Virus record (IMG/VR): IMGVR_UViG_3300024252_000005
Reading direction: 5' to 3' (one strand)
DNA: 64,000 nucleotides
Source: a virus
Lineage: Duplodnaviria; Caudoviricetes
The notes beneath the pieces are model-generated. The model did not search any database. It was not told the DNA's origin and saw only the letters and a list, made by a program, of their open reading frames with translations. Below are positions 48,202-56,882 of the stretch, one piece after another. Numbering within the stretch: the first letter of the stretch is position 1; each line of letters begins with the position of its first letter. The translations under genes were made by a program, and so were the position numbers.

Positions 48202-48426
48202 ATGAAATTACATGATACAGCAATAGCTCAAATAGCAAAAATTGTACAAATGGCAATATTAACAGGAACAGACATAGTTGACCATTTAAGGATGGTCGAA
48301 TTAGAAGTAAATAAAGATGGCTTATTGAAGCTTGAGAAAGAGTATAAAGAAATATTTGACAATAGCATTGAAAAAATGTTAACTAATGTAAACTCTCAAA
48401 GCAAAGAAGAAGAAGATGAGCACTGA
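48202..48426 (+). CDS. Hypothetical small protein
   Basis: AGGA SD; coupled to the downstream pyrophosphatase gene. Confidence 0.7.
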   Translation: MKLHDTAIAQIAKIVQMAILTGTDIVDHLRMVELEVNKDGLLKLEKEYKEIFDNSIEKMLTNVNSQSKEEEDEH

Positions 48427-48793
48427 TAAGCTTAGAGATGTTTTCTGTAAAAGAGAAAGCTTCATGCTTTTAATAAAAGAAAAGTACCCAGAGACATATA
48501 CATCTTGGCCTGTTGATATAAGCGAAAAAAATAGTCAAGTAATAATCAGAGAAACAGCACTTAAAGGTGTTGAAGAAATGTTTGAAGCTTTAGGGCATTT
48601 AAAAAACTGGAAGCCTCATAGGGAAACAGATGTGCCCGAAATTAATAGAGAAGAATTCCTAGAAGAAATAGTTGATGCATTTAACTACTTCTTTTCTCTA
48701 ATGATTTTAATGGGTGTAGACGTTGATGAATTTTATAATGCATTTAATGCTAAGGACAATATAATTAGAAGGAGATTACAAAAAGGTTACTAG
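48416..48793 (+). CDS. All-alpha NTP pyrophosphatase (MazG / dimeric dUTPase-dCTPase-like)
   Basis: EEMFEA, WKPH, EEIVDAFNY, K..I...R...GY pattern. Confidence 0.75.
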   Translation: MSTDKLRDVFCKRESFMLLIKEKYPETYTSWPVDISEKNSQVIIRETALKGVEEMFEALGHLKNWKPHRETDVPEINREEFLEEIVDAFNYFFSLMILMGVDVDEFYNAFNAKDNIIRRRLQKGY

Positions 48794-48795
48794 TT

Positions 48796-49446
48796 ATGTT
48801 TTTATTTGAAGATCTGAAGTTTTATACAAACGAACATTTCAGATCTTCAAGCTATATAACAGAAGCTTGGGACAAAATAGAAAGCATGCTTTTGTTTTAC
48901 TTGGGAATGCTCAATGATATTAACATTTCAATAATAATAGACTCAAAATCTATTTACTTTACTCTAACTTCTAATTTCAAAACTTACACGAGTATAAGTA
49001 AAAGTATATCTTCTAGTCATTGTTTAAGCCTGTGTGTAGACTTTTATACTGAAATTGATATTGATATTGATACAAATTGCAAGGATTTTTCTTGTAATAT
49101 TATGAAGAGTAATTTTTTCTATAGCGGGAAAAGAAAAGATGAAGGCGTTGTAGAGTTTAATGGGAACTTTTGTTTTAAACTCAAAGACTACTGTAGATTT
49201 AAGAAAATAATATTCACAAATTTATCAAGAGAAATACAATATGCAATACATAAAAACATATTCTATCTAGATATTGAAAAAGATTACAGATCAGAAATTG
49301 ATGCTGAATTTGAGTCTATTCAAGCATACATGTTATTTGATAAGTCTATTGAAAAAGCTAAAGCTTGTCTTACAAGTAATAACATTATACAGGAAAAAAA
49401 CATAAAAATTATTGAAACATTAAAGGATTTAATAAATGAAGAGTAA
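48796..49446 (+). CDS. Hypothetical protein
   Basis: ORF track; tightly packed, AT-rich. Confidence 0.6.
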   Translation: MFLFEDLKFYTNEHFRSSSYITEAWDKIESMLLFYLGMLNDINISIIIDSKSIYFTLTSNFKTYTSISKSISSSHCLSLCVDFYTEIDIDIDTNCKDFSCNIMKSNFFYSGKRKDEGVVEFNGNFCFKLKDYCRFKKIIFTNLSREIQYAIHKNIFYLDIEKDYRSEIDAEFESIQAYMLFDKSIEKAKACLTSNNIIQEKNIKIIETLKDLINEE

Positions 49447-49867
49447 AGTAAATTTAAAAAAAGTATACGACATGCTTTTTGAAGTATCTAATGAAGATGA
49501 TAAAAATAGTGACCTATCTAATTTACACATGTCAGTAAGTGACATGCTAGAAAGAGCTTCGAAAACTCCTACAAATTGGGCTGATATATTTCAAGCAGTA
49601 GAAGCGTTTAGAAACGATCTTTTGAGCGATGACAGACAAGACTCATCTGCTACAGAAGCTCAAATGGGATTAGTTGTCCCATTAATAGCGTATTTCGTTC
49701 TTGTTCTCGAGACAGATGTAGTAGCTTTCCCAAACGAAACAAGAATATTTATAAATTTAATAAAAGACAACTTCAGTTCAGAAAGGCAAGTAGACAAGCT
49801 AAAACATTTTTTAAATGTTCTCCACCCGGGAAAATTTAAAAAATCTATTGATTATTCTGACGTGTAA
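49436..49867 (+). CDS. Hypothetical protein
   Basis: AAGGA SD; overlaps the upstream stop. Confidence 0.6.
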   Translation: MKSKVNLKKVYDMLFEVSNEDDKNSDLSNLHMSVSDMLERASKTPTNWADIFQAVEAFRNDLLSDDRQDSSATEAQMGLVVPLIAYFVLVLETDVVAFPNETRIFINLIKDNFSSERQVDKLKHFLNVLHPGKFKKSIDYSDV

Positions 49868-49890
49868 ATTTAATTCTATTGTATTATAAT
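49861..49890 (+). promoter_or_regulatory. Sigma70-like promoter CGTGTAAATT...TATAAT
   Basis: TGTAAA 49863-49868, 16-nt spacer, TATAAT 49885-49890. Confidence 0.7.
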
Positions 49891-49919
49891 AAAAAGTAAT
49901 ACAAACAAGGAGGAATTAA

Positions 49920-50900
49920 TTGCCTATTAATAATAATTTAGAACCAGTGACATTGCCTATGGATCTTAAGTTTAATCAAGATCCAAAAACTGATTTTATC
50001 AATAATCTTGAGTCATTAAAGATTGAAGTTATTGATGCGCCTACAAGAGCTCAAGCGCAGAAGATCGCATGGAATATGACTAAAGCTACTTGGGCAGATA
50101 TACCTTCTGAAACTAGTTTTGAAACAGCAGGTTATCTAGAAGCATCAAAGAACCTGCAAGATGTTTTGAACTTTAAAGCTTTACCGACGCCAATGGAATG
50201 TTTAGGCTTCACGTTCAAGATTAGCGGTATTGATACACAGACTGTTACACATCTTATTAGGCATAGAGCAGGATCATTTGCAGCACAATGTACTGGTGAT
50301 AGAGATCTAAGGTATGATAATGCACTAGTGCCAGAATCAATTGAAAACTGTAACAAAGTAGGTGATGAATTAGACTTCTATTTTAGATATATTAACATTG
50401 TAAATGAATCAAAAAAATTATATTCTGAAATGGTTGATTCAAAAATTGTTTCAATGATGGACGCTAGAGTTATACTTCCAAAGTGTATGGAGACTTTTTA
50501 CATTGCAAGATTCAATCTAAAAGACTTGATTGGCTTTATTAAACAGCGCCAAGACGTTCAAATTCAACCTGAAGTTGACAATATTCTTGCAACACGAATT
50601 GCAAGACTAGTAGTTGAGAGAATCCCAGAAGTAGCAACATGTCTAGACTTTGGCAAGCCTGATATGCATTATGTAAGAACTTTTCGTGTAGAACAAACTG
50701 ACGGTTCGTTTACTTCCAAGGGAACAAATTTATATTACCCAGAGCCTAAAAATGATTTGTTTGAATTTAACGAAAATGACTCTATTTACAGCTGTAGAAG
50801 AGAAGAAATTAACGGTAGAAGTGATAAAGATGAAAAAATATTTACAAGAATGTGGAACGAAGATGTTAGTTACATCAACACAATTAAGGAGAAGTTTTAA
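49920..50900 (+). CDS. Divergent ThyX-family flavoenzyme
   Basis: TTG start with GGAGG SD; FTFKISGI, HLIRHRAGSFAAQCTGDR, ARVILP, NLKDLI.F..QR. Confidence 0.8.
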   Translation: MPINNNLEPVTLPMDLKFNQDPKTDFINNLESLKIEVIDAPTRAQAQKIAWNMTKATWADIPSETSFETAGYLEASKNLQDVLNFKALPTPMECLGFTFKISGIDTQTVTHLIRHRAGSFAAQCTGDRDLRYDNALVPESIENCNKVGDELDFYFRYINIVNESKKLYSEMVDSKIVSMMDARVILPKCMETFYIARFNLKDLIGFIKQRQDVQIQPEVDNILATRIARLVVERIPEVATCLDFGKPDMHYVRTFRVEQTDGSFTSKGTNLYYPEPKNDLFEFNENDSIYSCRREEINGRSDKDEKIFTRMWNEDVSYINTIKEKF

Positions 50901-50903
50901 TAT

Positions 50904-51350
50904 ATGAAAGTTTATTTAGCTAGTGGTTGGTTTAATCCTGAACAGGCAGAAGAATTGACAATGCTTGAAAACATATTTGACAACAGATCAGATCATTTTG
51001 AATTAGCATCACCAAGAAGGATATTTGTTTGTCCTCCGAATGCTCCCAAAGAAGTTCAAGATGAAACTTTTGAAGGAAATCTATTTCATATTAAGACGGC
51101 TGACTTTTTACTTGTCAACACAAGAGACAAAGATATTGGTACTATTTGGGAAGCTGGATATGCTTACGCTTCCAATAAACCAATCGTATACTTTTGTGCT
51201 GGTTTGCCGTATGGCGCTAAATTTAATTTAATGCTAGCAAGAAGTGGAATTAAAGTATGCACTTCTTTTGAAGAGTTAGAAGAATATTTGGGTAGAGTAA
51301 TAGAAACAAAATGTTTACCTTTAGAACCTTATGACAAGTCAATTGAATAA
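50904..51350 (+). CDS. Nucleoside 2-deoxyribosyltransferase / nucleotide N-glycosidase family protein
   Basis: KVYLAS.WF, I..AD, DIGTIWEAGYA, FNLM. Confidence 0.8.
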   Translation: MKVYLASGWFNPEQAEELTMLENIFDNRSDHFELASPRRIFVCPPNAPKEVQDETFEGNLFHIKTADFLLVNTRDKDIGTIWEAGYAYASNKPIVYFCAGLPYGAKFNLMLARSGIKVCTSFEELEEYLGRVIETKCLPLEPYDKSIE

Positions 51351-51615
51351 AAAATTCTGGACATTTAAAGATACTAGCAACTACAACTATATAAAAGAAA
51401 ATGATTTTTATATATTGGGTAAACCCGATGTGCATAGATTGTTTAAATTTAAAAGATCATTCTTGCTAGAAGTAAATATTAATGGAGAAAATCATTACGT
51501 AATACCTATTAAGTTTGTATCTAGAGAATTTCCTAAAGGTCATTATGTAGGTGTCGGTGAATTAAAAGAAAGAAGAATTTCTTTTGCAGACAATGATATA
51601 AAAAATGTTTTCTAA
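51331..51615 (+). CDS. Hypothetical protein
   Basis: ORF overlapping both neighbours in an operon. Confidence 0.5.
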   Translation: MTSQLNKKFWTFKDTSNYNYIKENDFYILGKPDVHRLFKFKRSFLLEVNINGENHYVIPIKFVSREFPKGHYVGVGELKERRISFADNDIKNVF

Positions 51616-51823
51616 AAAAACAAAAAGAACTATAATTATGAATTTAAAATTAGAAAAGATATATAAAAACTGGACTATTCATAACTTTGTTGGTCATCCT
51701 TTAATGCAGTTTTTATATATAATTAATATGAATCAAGCAGCTAAGAATGTTCATGACAAAACACTCCCAATCATTGAAGTAAAAAACAAAACAAAACATG
51801 TCAATATTGACGATAAAGAGTAG
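51605..51823 (+). CDS. Hypothetical protein
   Basis: ORF; WTIHNFVGHPLMQ core. Confidence 0.5.
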   Translation: MFSKKTKRTIIMNLKLEKIYKNWTIHNFVGHPLMQFLYIINMNQAAKNVHDKTLPIIEVKNKTKHVNIDDKE

Positions 51824-51828
51824 TTATT

Positions 51829-52041
51829 TTGCTCAGCAAAATAAAAGTAAATGATTTAATAAACTTTAGACTTATAGTTGACGAAAAAGATAAAAACATT
51901 GGTTTGGTTTGCAAAGTACAAAGAGATTTTAATTTCTACAACATGATAACAATATTTGCAAAAAACAAAGTTGTGTTAATACCTGAGACTTTGATTGAAT
52001 ATAGAATTTTACAAAAGAAAAAAAGGAAACAATGCGAATAG
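51829..52041 (+). CDS. Hypothetical protein
   Basis: TTG-start ORF filling the gap before the epimerase. Confidence 0.4.
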   Translation: MLSKIKVNDLINFRLIVDEKDKNIGLVCKVQRDFNFYNMITIFAKNKVVLIPETLIEYRILQKKKRKQCE

Positions 52042-53018
52042 GAATAACTGGGGAAAAAGGTTTTATTGCTAGGAACTTATCAAAGCTTATACAAACATCT
52101 AATCACGAGTTTGTATCTCTAGATAGCTCTAGTTTTGCCAATGAAAACATGATATACACACATAACAACGAAGTTTGTGTATATAGCAATACTATAAAAG
52201 ACTGGGTTGACTTATTTGATGAAGAAAATATTGACGTTGTAGTACATAATGCAGCTGTAGTTGGAACAGATGTTGTGGCGCTCAATCCAGAGGCTGCAGT
52301 TAATACAAATGTTTTAGGCACAAAGATAATTACAGAAGCTGCCAACATTTCAGGTCTACTCAACGTTTATTTTGGAACAACTGTTATATATGACACTTAT
52401 GTTTATCAAGATTCGGATATTGTTGAAACAAGTAGCATATTCCCTAGAACAGATTATGCTATTCAGAAATACGCAGGAGAAATGATTGTAAGGAGTAACG
52501 CAAAAGAGTGGTTAGTTGTGAGGCCTTTGTTTGCTTATGGCGGAGAAGGTGACATGAATTCTTTGATTGCAAAGTCTTTGTTTGCAATCAAAAACAATAT
52601 AAAAAATATTGACATGTTTCTCAATCCTGAAAAAATTAAAGATTATATGCATGTAGAAGACTTCTGCACTAACGTATTAAAACTCGTTAACTCAAAAGTT
52701 AGAAACCAAGATTTTAATATCACAGCTAGTAATCCTTATAATACTCTAGAAATCATCGGTTTAATTGAAGAAGTTTCAGAAGCTAGTTTAGAAAATATAG
52801 TTAATTGGCATCCTGAAACTGATTACTTGGGCAATCATAGACTTTCAAATAAAAAATACTTGCAGTTTATGGAAACTTCAAAGTCTAGATCACTTAAAGA
52901 AGGCATTAGAGACTCATGGCGCTCAATCAAGAATGCTGATAGCGAGTATAATCCTTTGAAATATTTAGATGAAGCAAAAGACAAAGGCATTGATCTAAAA
53001 GATTTTTTTCCTAAATAA
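52032..53018 (+). CDS. NAD-dependent NDP-sugar epimerase/dehydratase (extended SDR)
   Basis: GITGEKGFIA, VVHNAA, YAIQK (YxxxK), R...AYG, KDYMHVED. Confidence 0.9.
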   Translation: MRIGITGEKGFIARNLSKLIQTSNHEFVSLDSSSFANENMIYTHNNEVCVYSNTIKDWVDLFDEENIDVVVHNAAVVGTDVVALNPEAAVNTNVLGTKIITEAANISGLLNVYFGTTVIYDTYVYQDSDIVETSSIFPRTDYAIQKYAGEMIVRSNAKEWLVVRPLFAYGGEGDMNSLIAKSLFAIKNNIKNIDMFLNPEKIKDYMHVEDFCTNVLKLVNSKVRNQDFNITASNPYNTLEIIGLIEEVSEASLENIVNWHPETDYLGNHRLSNKKYLQFMETSKSRSLKEGIRDSWRSIKNADSEYNPLKYLDEAKDKGIDLKDFFPK

Positions 53019-53081
53019 TAGTTCTTTGCTTGTATAACTTTCTGCATCGTATAATAGTTACTATAAAAAGGAGTATCTATT

Positions 53082-53846
53082 ATGCCAAGAAAGACGACTT
53101 TAGTAGAACTAACATGTAGTCATTGCAAAATAAAATATAAAAAGCATATGTCTAAATCTTTAAATTCTAAGTTTTGTTCTAGAAATTGCAAAGATGATTC
53201 AAGCAAGAAAAGAGAGAAAAAAGAGTGTTTAAGCTGCAAAACTTTATTTGAAACAAATAGAAACCAAGTTTATTGTAAAAGAGAATGCTACATTAAAGAA
53301 AACAAAATAAAGAGAGTTAGCTTAAATTGTCAATTTTGTGGTAAAGATTACGAAAAGCCTGAGACCAATATTACTAAGTATTGCGGAAAAGAATGTCAAA
53401 ATAAAGCACAAAGTAGTGGCTTAAAAGAAATACCTTCTAATGGAAGAATGGGATTTAGATATGATTTACCAAAAAACTATTTTTTCAAATCTTCTCTAGA
53501 AGCTGACTATGCAAGATGGTGTGAGTTTACAAATAAACCTTACATTTATGAACACAAAACATTTACAGTTCAATATGAAGGAAGGGAAAAGCACTATACA
53601 CCAGACTTCTACCACCCAGATGAAGACAGGTACGTAGAGTTAAAAGCAATAAGAAGAGATAGAAAGTTTAATTCAAATTTGCTAGCTGCTGACTTGTTAA
53701 AAATTGATGGTGTCAATATTGATGTATTATTAATGCATGAGTTTTATACACAAATAAAGCAGAGCAATCACTACTGGCTTATTGAAAACATTGAAAACAA
53801 AAATTACAATGGAACAAGACACCTTATATATCTTAAAAAACATTGA
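53082..53846 (+). CDS. Zinc-ribbon-repeat PD-(D/E)xK endonuclease (putative homing endonuclease A)
   Basis: Repeated CxxC...FCSxxC units; YTPDFY...YVELK catalytic core. Confidence 0.75.
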   Translation: MPRKTTLVELTCSHCKIKYKKHMSKSLNSKFCSRNCKDDSSKKREKKECLSCKTLFETNRNQVYCKRECYIKENKIKRVSLNCQFCGKDYEKPETNITKYCGKECQNKAQSSGLKEIPSNGRMGFRYDLPKNYFFKSSLEADYARWCEFTNKPYIYEHKTFTVQYEGREKHYTPDFYHPDEDRYVELKAIRRDRKFNSNLLAADLLKIDGVNIDVLLMHEFYTQIKQSNHYWLIENIENKNYNGTRHLIYLKKH

Positions 53847-53910
53847 CACATTATAATTACTATAGAATAAAAATGAATTCTATTTTTATTTAAATACTAG
53901 AAAGTTAAAC

Positions 53911-54396
53911 ATGTCATACATTAGATCAAGTTCTGTAAATAAACAAGAATTTTTAGTAAATACAACAGACTTTACTAAGCAAGTAATAACTACATCCTTA
54001 GTTGCGTACAGTGGTACAGCAATAGAATATACACCTTTTGAAAACGCTGAAAGTGTTGTTTATGAGGTTAACTTTACAGTTTCTTGGGATCCAGATCCTC
54101 AAGGATCGTATCTATGTACTAGAGTTCAGTATTCAGCTGATGGCGGCTCAAGTTGGTCAACAATTAGTGGTACTAAAATACTTGAAGGTACATTTAGCAG
54201 TATTCAAGATCATGACTGGATGAATATAAATTATACTTTTATATTGGACTCATGGTCTGGCTCGAGAAAAATAAGAATTGCAGGAAGATCTCACACCACA
54301 TTTCAGGATTTTACTGTAGGAAGACAATATTATGCTCACAGTGCTGAGGGCGCTGCAGCACCTCCACACGTATCAATATATTCGGTGACGTTATGA
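53911..54396 (+). CDS. M[ST]Y-family protein, cassette 2 subtype A
   Basis: YTP..VVYE, QYS.DGGSSWS, WSGSRKIR.AGRS, PHV.IYSV shared with 55390..55872. Confidence 0.8.
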   Translation: MSYIRSSSVNKQEFLVNTTDFTKQVITTSLVAYSGTAIEYTPFENAESVVYEVNFTVSWDPDPQGSYLCTRVQYSADGGSSWSTISGTKILEGTFSSIQDHDWMNINYTFILDSWSGSRKIRIAGRSHTTFQDFTVGRQYYAHSAEGAAAPPHVSIYSVTL

Positions 54397-54872
54397 CATA
54401 TATGAATAAAAAGCAAGTCAACATTAAGAAGAATTCTTCACCTGCAAAACAATCAATAAATGACACTTATGTTGAGATAACAGGATCTAGAGGTTCTATA
54501 AATACAGTAGATTCTAATAGTAAAATAGTATACAGGTTTGGATATAATATACAAATAGATGGAACTACAGGCTCAAAATGGTTTTTGCATATAAAGCTTC
54601 AAAAAAGCACAGATAGTTTCTCGAGCAATATTACTGATGTAGAGGGTGCAAATTACAACATAGCCTCAGATCTGACATCAGCTGTTGATCATCTTTATAG
54701 ATATAACACAGCGTTTTTTGTAATTAATGGTCTTGATGGTGCTTATGAGTTAAGACTAGTATGCAGAGCTTATTCTAGCTCTCTAGAACCACAGTTACAT
54801 CAATCTGATTATTTTGATGGCGTCGCTGAGACAAACTATACTGACACTTCTTTGATTATTTTCGAGGTATAA
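54393..54872 (+). CDS. M[ST]Y-family protein, cassette 2 subtype B
   Basis: EITGSR, HIKLQKS.D.FSSNI, LRLV.R.YS, FDG shared with 55874..56365. Confidence 0.8.
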   Translation: MTYMNKKQVNIKKNSSPAKQSINDTYVEITGSRGSINTVDSNSKIVYRFGYNIQIDGTTGSKWFLHIKLQKSTDSFSSNITDVEGANYNIASDLTSAVDHLYRYNTAFFVINGLDGAYELRLVCRAYSSSLEPQLHQSDYFDGVAETNYTDTSLIIFEV

Positions 54873-54873
54873 A

Positions 54874-55353
54874 ATGACTTATGTAAATACACGTTGGGGA
54901 AAAAACACACAAGCAGTAGTAACAGAAAACACTTCAGCACAAACCACGTCTACTAGTTCAAACTCATGGGTAACTATTAATGGATCAGAAATATCTTATA
55001 CTCCTGATGCAAGTGCAAGCAATGTAATATATGAAATAGGATTTTATGTAGAAGCCTTAAACAAGTCTTGTTTTCAAAACATTGTATTAGAGCATAACAC
55101 TGGCAGCTGGTCTGCTATAAATGCTAAGTATGGAAGAAATTTTGGTTCGAGTCCTGCTGGATCATACTTGAGAGATTACCTGTATTATAGATTTATAATT
55201 CCTTCTTGGACGGGATCTAGAGACTTAAGGCTCAGGTCAGCTTCACATATAGCTAATTATGACGCCAACTATCACGCAATTACAGATTGGGACGGCGCTG
55301 GATCTGTTACAGACAGATTCTGCAATACAAGCTTATTAGTATATTCTGTTTGA
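54874..55353 (+). CDS. M[ST]Y-family protein, cassette 2 subtype C
   Basis: GSEISYTP, INAKY, WDGAG, FC.T.LLVYS shared with 56367..56852. Confidence 0.8.
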   Translation: MTYVNTRWGKNTQAVVTENTSAQTTSTSSNSWVTINGSEISYTPDASASNVIYEIGFYVEALNKSCFQNIVLEHNTGSWSAINAKYGRNFGSSPAGSYLRDYLYYRFIIPSWTGSRDLRLRSASHIANYDANYHAITDWDGAGSVTDRFCNTSLLVYSV

Positions 55354-55389
55354 GCATATTTATATTTAAATAAAAAAAGAAAGGATTAC

Positions 55390-55872
55390 ATGAGTTATTT
55401 AGTAGATGCAATAAATTTTTCTAATTTTGTTCACAATGTTGACACTGCTTTCACAAAAGAAGCAGTTTCAACAACAATAGAGTATTACCCTGGAACAGAA
55501 GTTACTTATACACCCACAGTTGGTTCTAGTAAAGTCATTTATGAATGTAATTTACAAACTTCATGGAATCCTGACGGCACAGGGTCATACACTTGTTCTA
55601 GGCTTCAATATTCAACTGATGGTGGCTCTTCATGGTCTGATTTTGATGGCACTAAGCTAATGTGCGGCTCATGGTCTTCTATTACAGACCATGTTTGGTC
55701 AAACTACATGTGGGTATTTTCAATACCCACATGGTCAGGTTCAAGAAAAATAAGGCTAGCAGGAAGATCTTATAACACCACTACAGAATTTACAATTGGC
55801 AGATCTTATAATGTTGAATACTCAGAAGGAGTTGGATCATGTCCCCATGTTACAATATATTCGGTAAACTAA
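55390..55872 (+). CDS. M[ST]Y-family protein, cassette 3 subtype A
   Basis: Paralogue of 53911..54396. Confidence 0.8.
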   Translation: MSYLVDAINFSNFVHNVDTAFTKEAVSTTIEYYPGTEVTYTPTVGSSKVIYECNLQTSWNPDGTGSYTCSRLQYSTDGGSSWSDFDGTKLMCGSWSSITDHVWSNYMWVFSIPTWSGSRKIRLAGRSYNTTTEFTIGRSYNVEYSEGVGSCPHVTIYSVN

Positions 55873-55873
55873 T

Positions 55874-56365
55874 ATGACTTATAATATAAAAAAGTTTTTT
55901 TTACTACAAAATTCTGATGCTCCATCTGTTCAAACAATATCAACGACATATACAGAAATAACTGGTTCTAGATGTCAAGTTAATACAGTTGCTAGCAAGA
56001 GCGTTCTTTATAAATTTAATTTTTATCTTTCTACAATATACACATTTGGTTCAAATGGTAATTATGATAAACCTTTGATTCATATTAAATTGCAAAAAAG
56101 CAATGATGATTTTTCGTCTAACATAGAGGACATAGACGGCAGTCAATTTAACGCTTCAGGTGATACAGAAGAAAGTAGAGACTATTTTTATAGTACTTTT
56201 TCGCCTATGTTTATATTAGAAAATATAAACAACGAATACTTGCGATTGGTCGCTAGATCTTATTCAACAACAAATAGAGCAAATCTTCACAGAGGATACC
56301 AGTTTGATGGCAATAGCTCTTCTGAGTTTTATTTTAACACAACTTTAAGTGTTATGGAGATATAA
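55874..56365 (+). CDS. M[ST]Y-family protein, cassette 3 subtype B
   Basis: Paralogue of 54393..54872. Confidence 0.8.
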   Translation: MTYNIKKFFLLQNSDAPSVQTISTTYTEITGSRCQVNTVASKSVLYKFNFYLSTIYTFGSNGNYDKPLIHIKLQKSNDDFSSNIEDIDGSQFNASGDTEESRDYFYSTFSPMFILENINNEYLRLVARSYSTTNRANLHRGYQFDGNSSSEFYFNTTLSVMEI

Positions 56366-56366
56366 A

Positions 56367-56852
56367 ATGACCTATATGATCCCAGGTGACTTAAAAAGTA
56401 TACAGTACTTAAAAACTACACATACTTCAATGCAATCTTCAAGTAACTCTGGAAATACGTTGATTACTTTGACAGGTTCAGAAATTTCATATACACCTTT
56501 TCCTGACTCTGAAAAGGTAGTTTATGAAATAAGCTTTTACGCCGAAAATTCTGGCTATCCCTTCGTATGTTGCCATCTAGAGCATGCTGACGCTGGAAAT
56601 ACTAACTGGACAGAAATCAATGCGAAATACAAAAAAAACATAGGTGTCGGCGGAATCACGGGTCAGCTCAACAGATATTATATAGCTTGGAGATTTGTTT
56701 TGCCTTCTTGGTCTGGAGAAAAGCAGCTTAGAATCAGGATAGGTTCTCATAATTCGAATAGAAGTCTTGATTTCCATAAAATAAAAGTCTGGGATGGTGC
56801 TGGAGCAAATGATAAATTTTGTGATACAAACCTTTTAGTATATTCTATATAA
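56367..56852 (+). CDS. M[ST]Y-family protein, cassette 3 subtype C
   Basis: Start reassigned to the MTY ATG at 56367; paralogue of 54874..55353. Confidence 0.8.
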   Translation: MTYMIPGDLKSIQYLKTTHTSMQSSSNSGNTLITLTGSEISYTPFPDSEKVVYEISFYAENSGYPFVCCHLEHADAGNTNWTEINAKYKKNIGVGGITGQLNRYYIAWRFVLPSWSGEKQLRIRIGSHNSNRSLDFHKIKVWDGAGANDKFCDTNLLVYSI

Positions 56853-56882
56853 ATTCTAATATAATATGATATAATTTCTATT

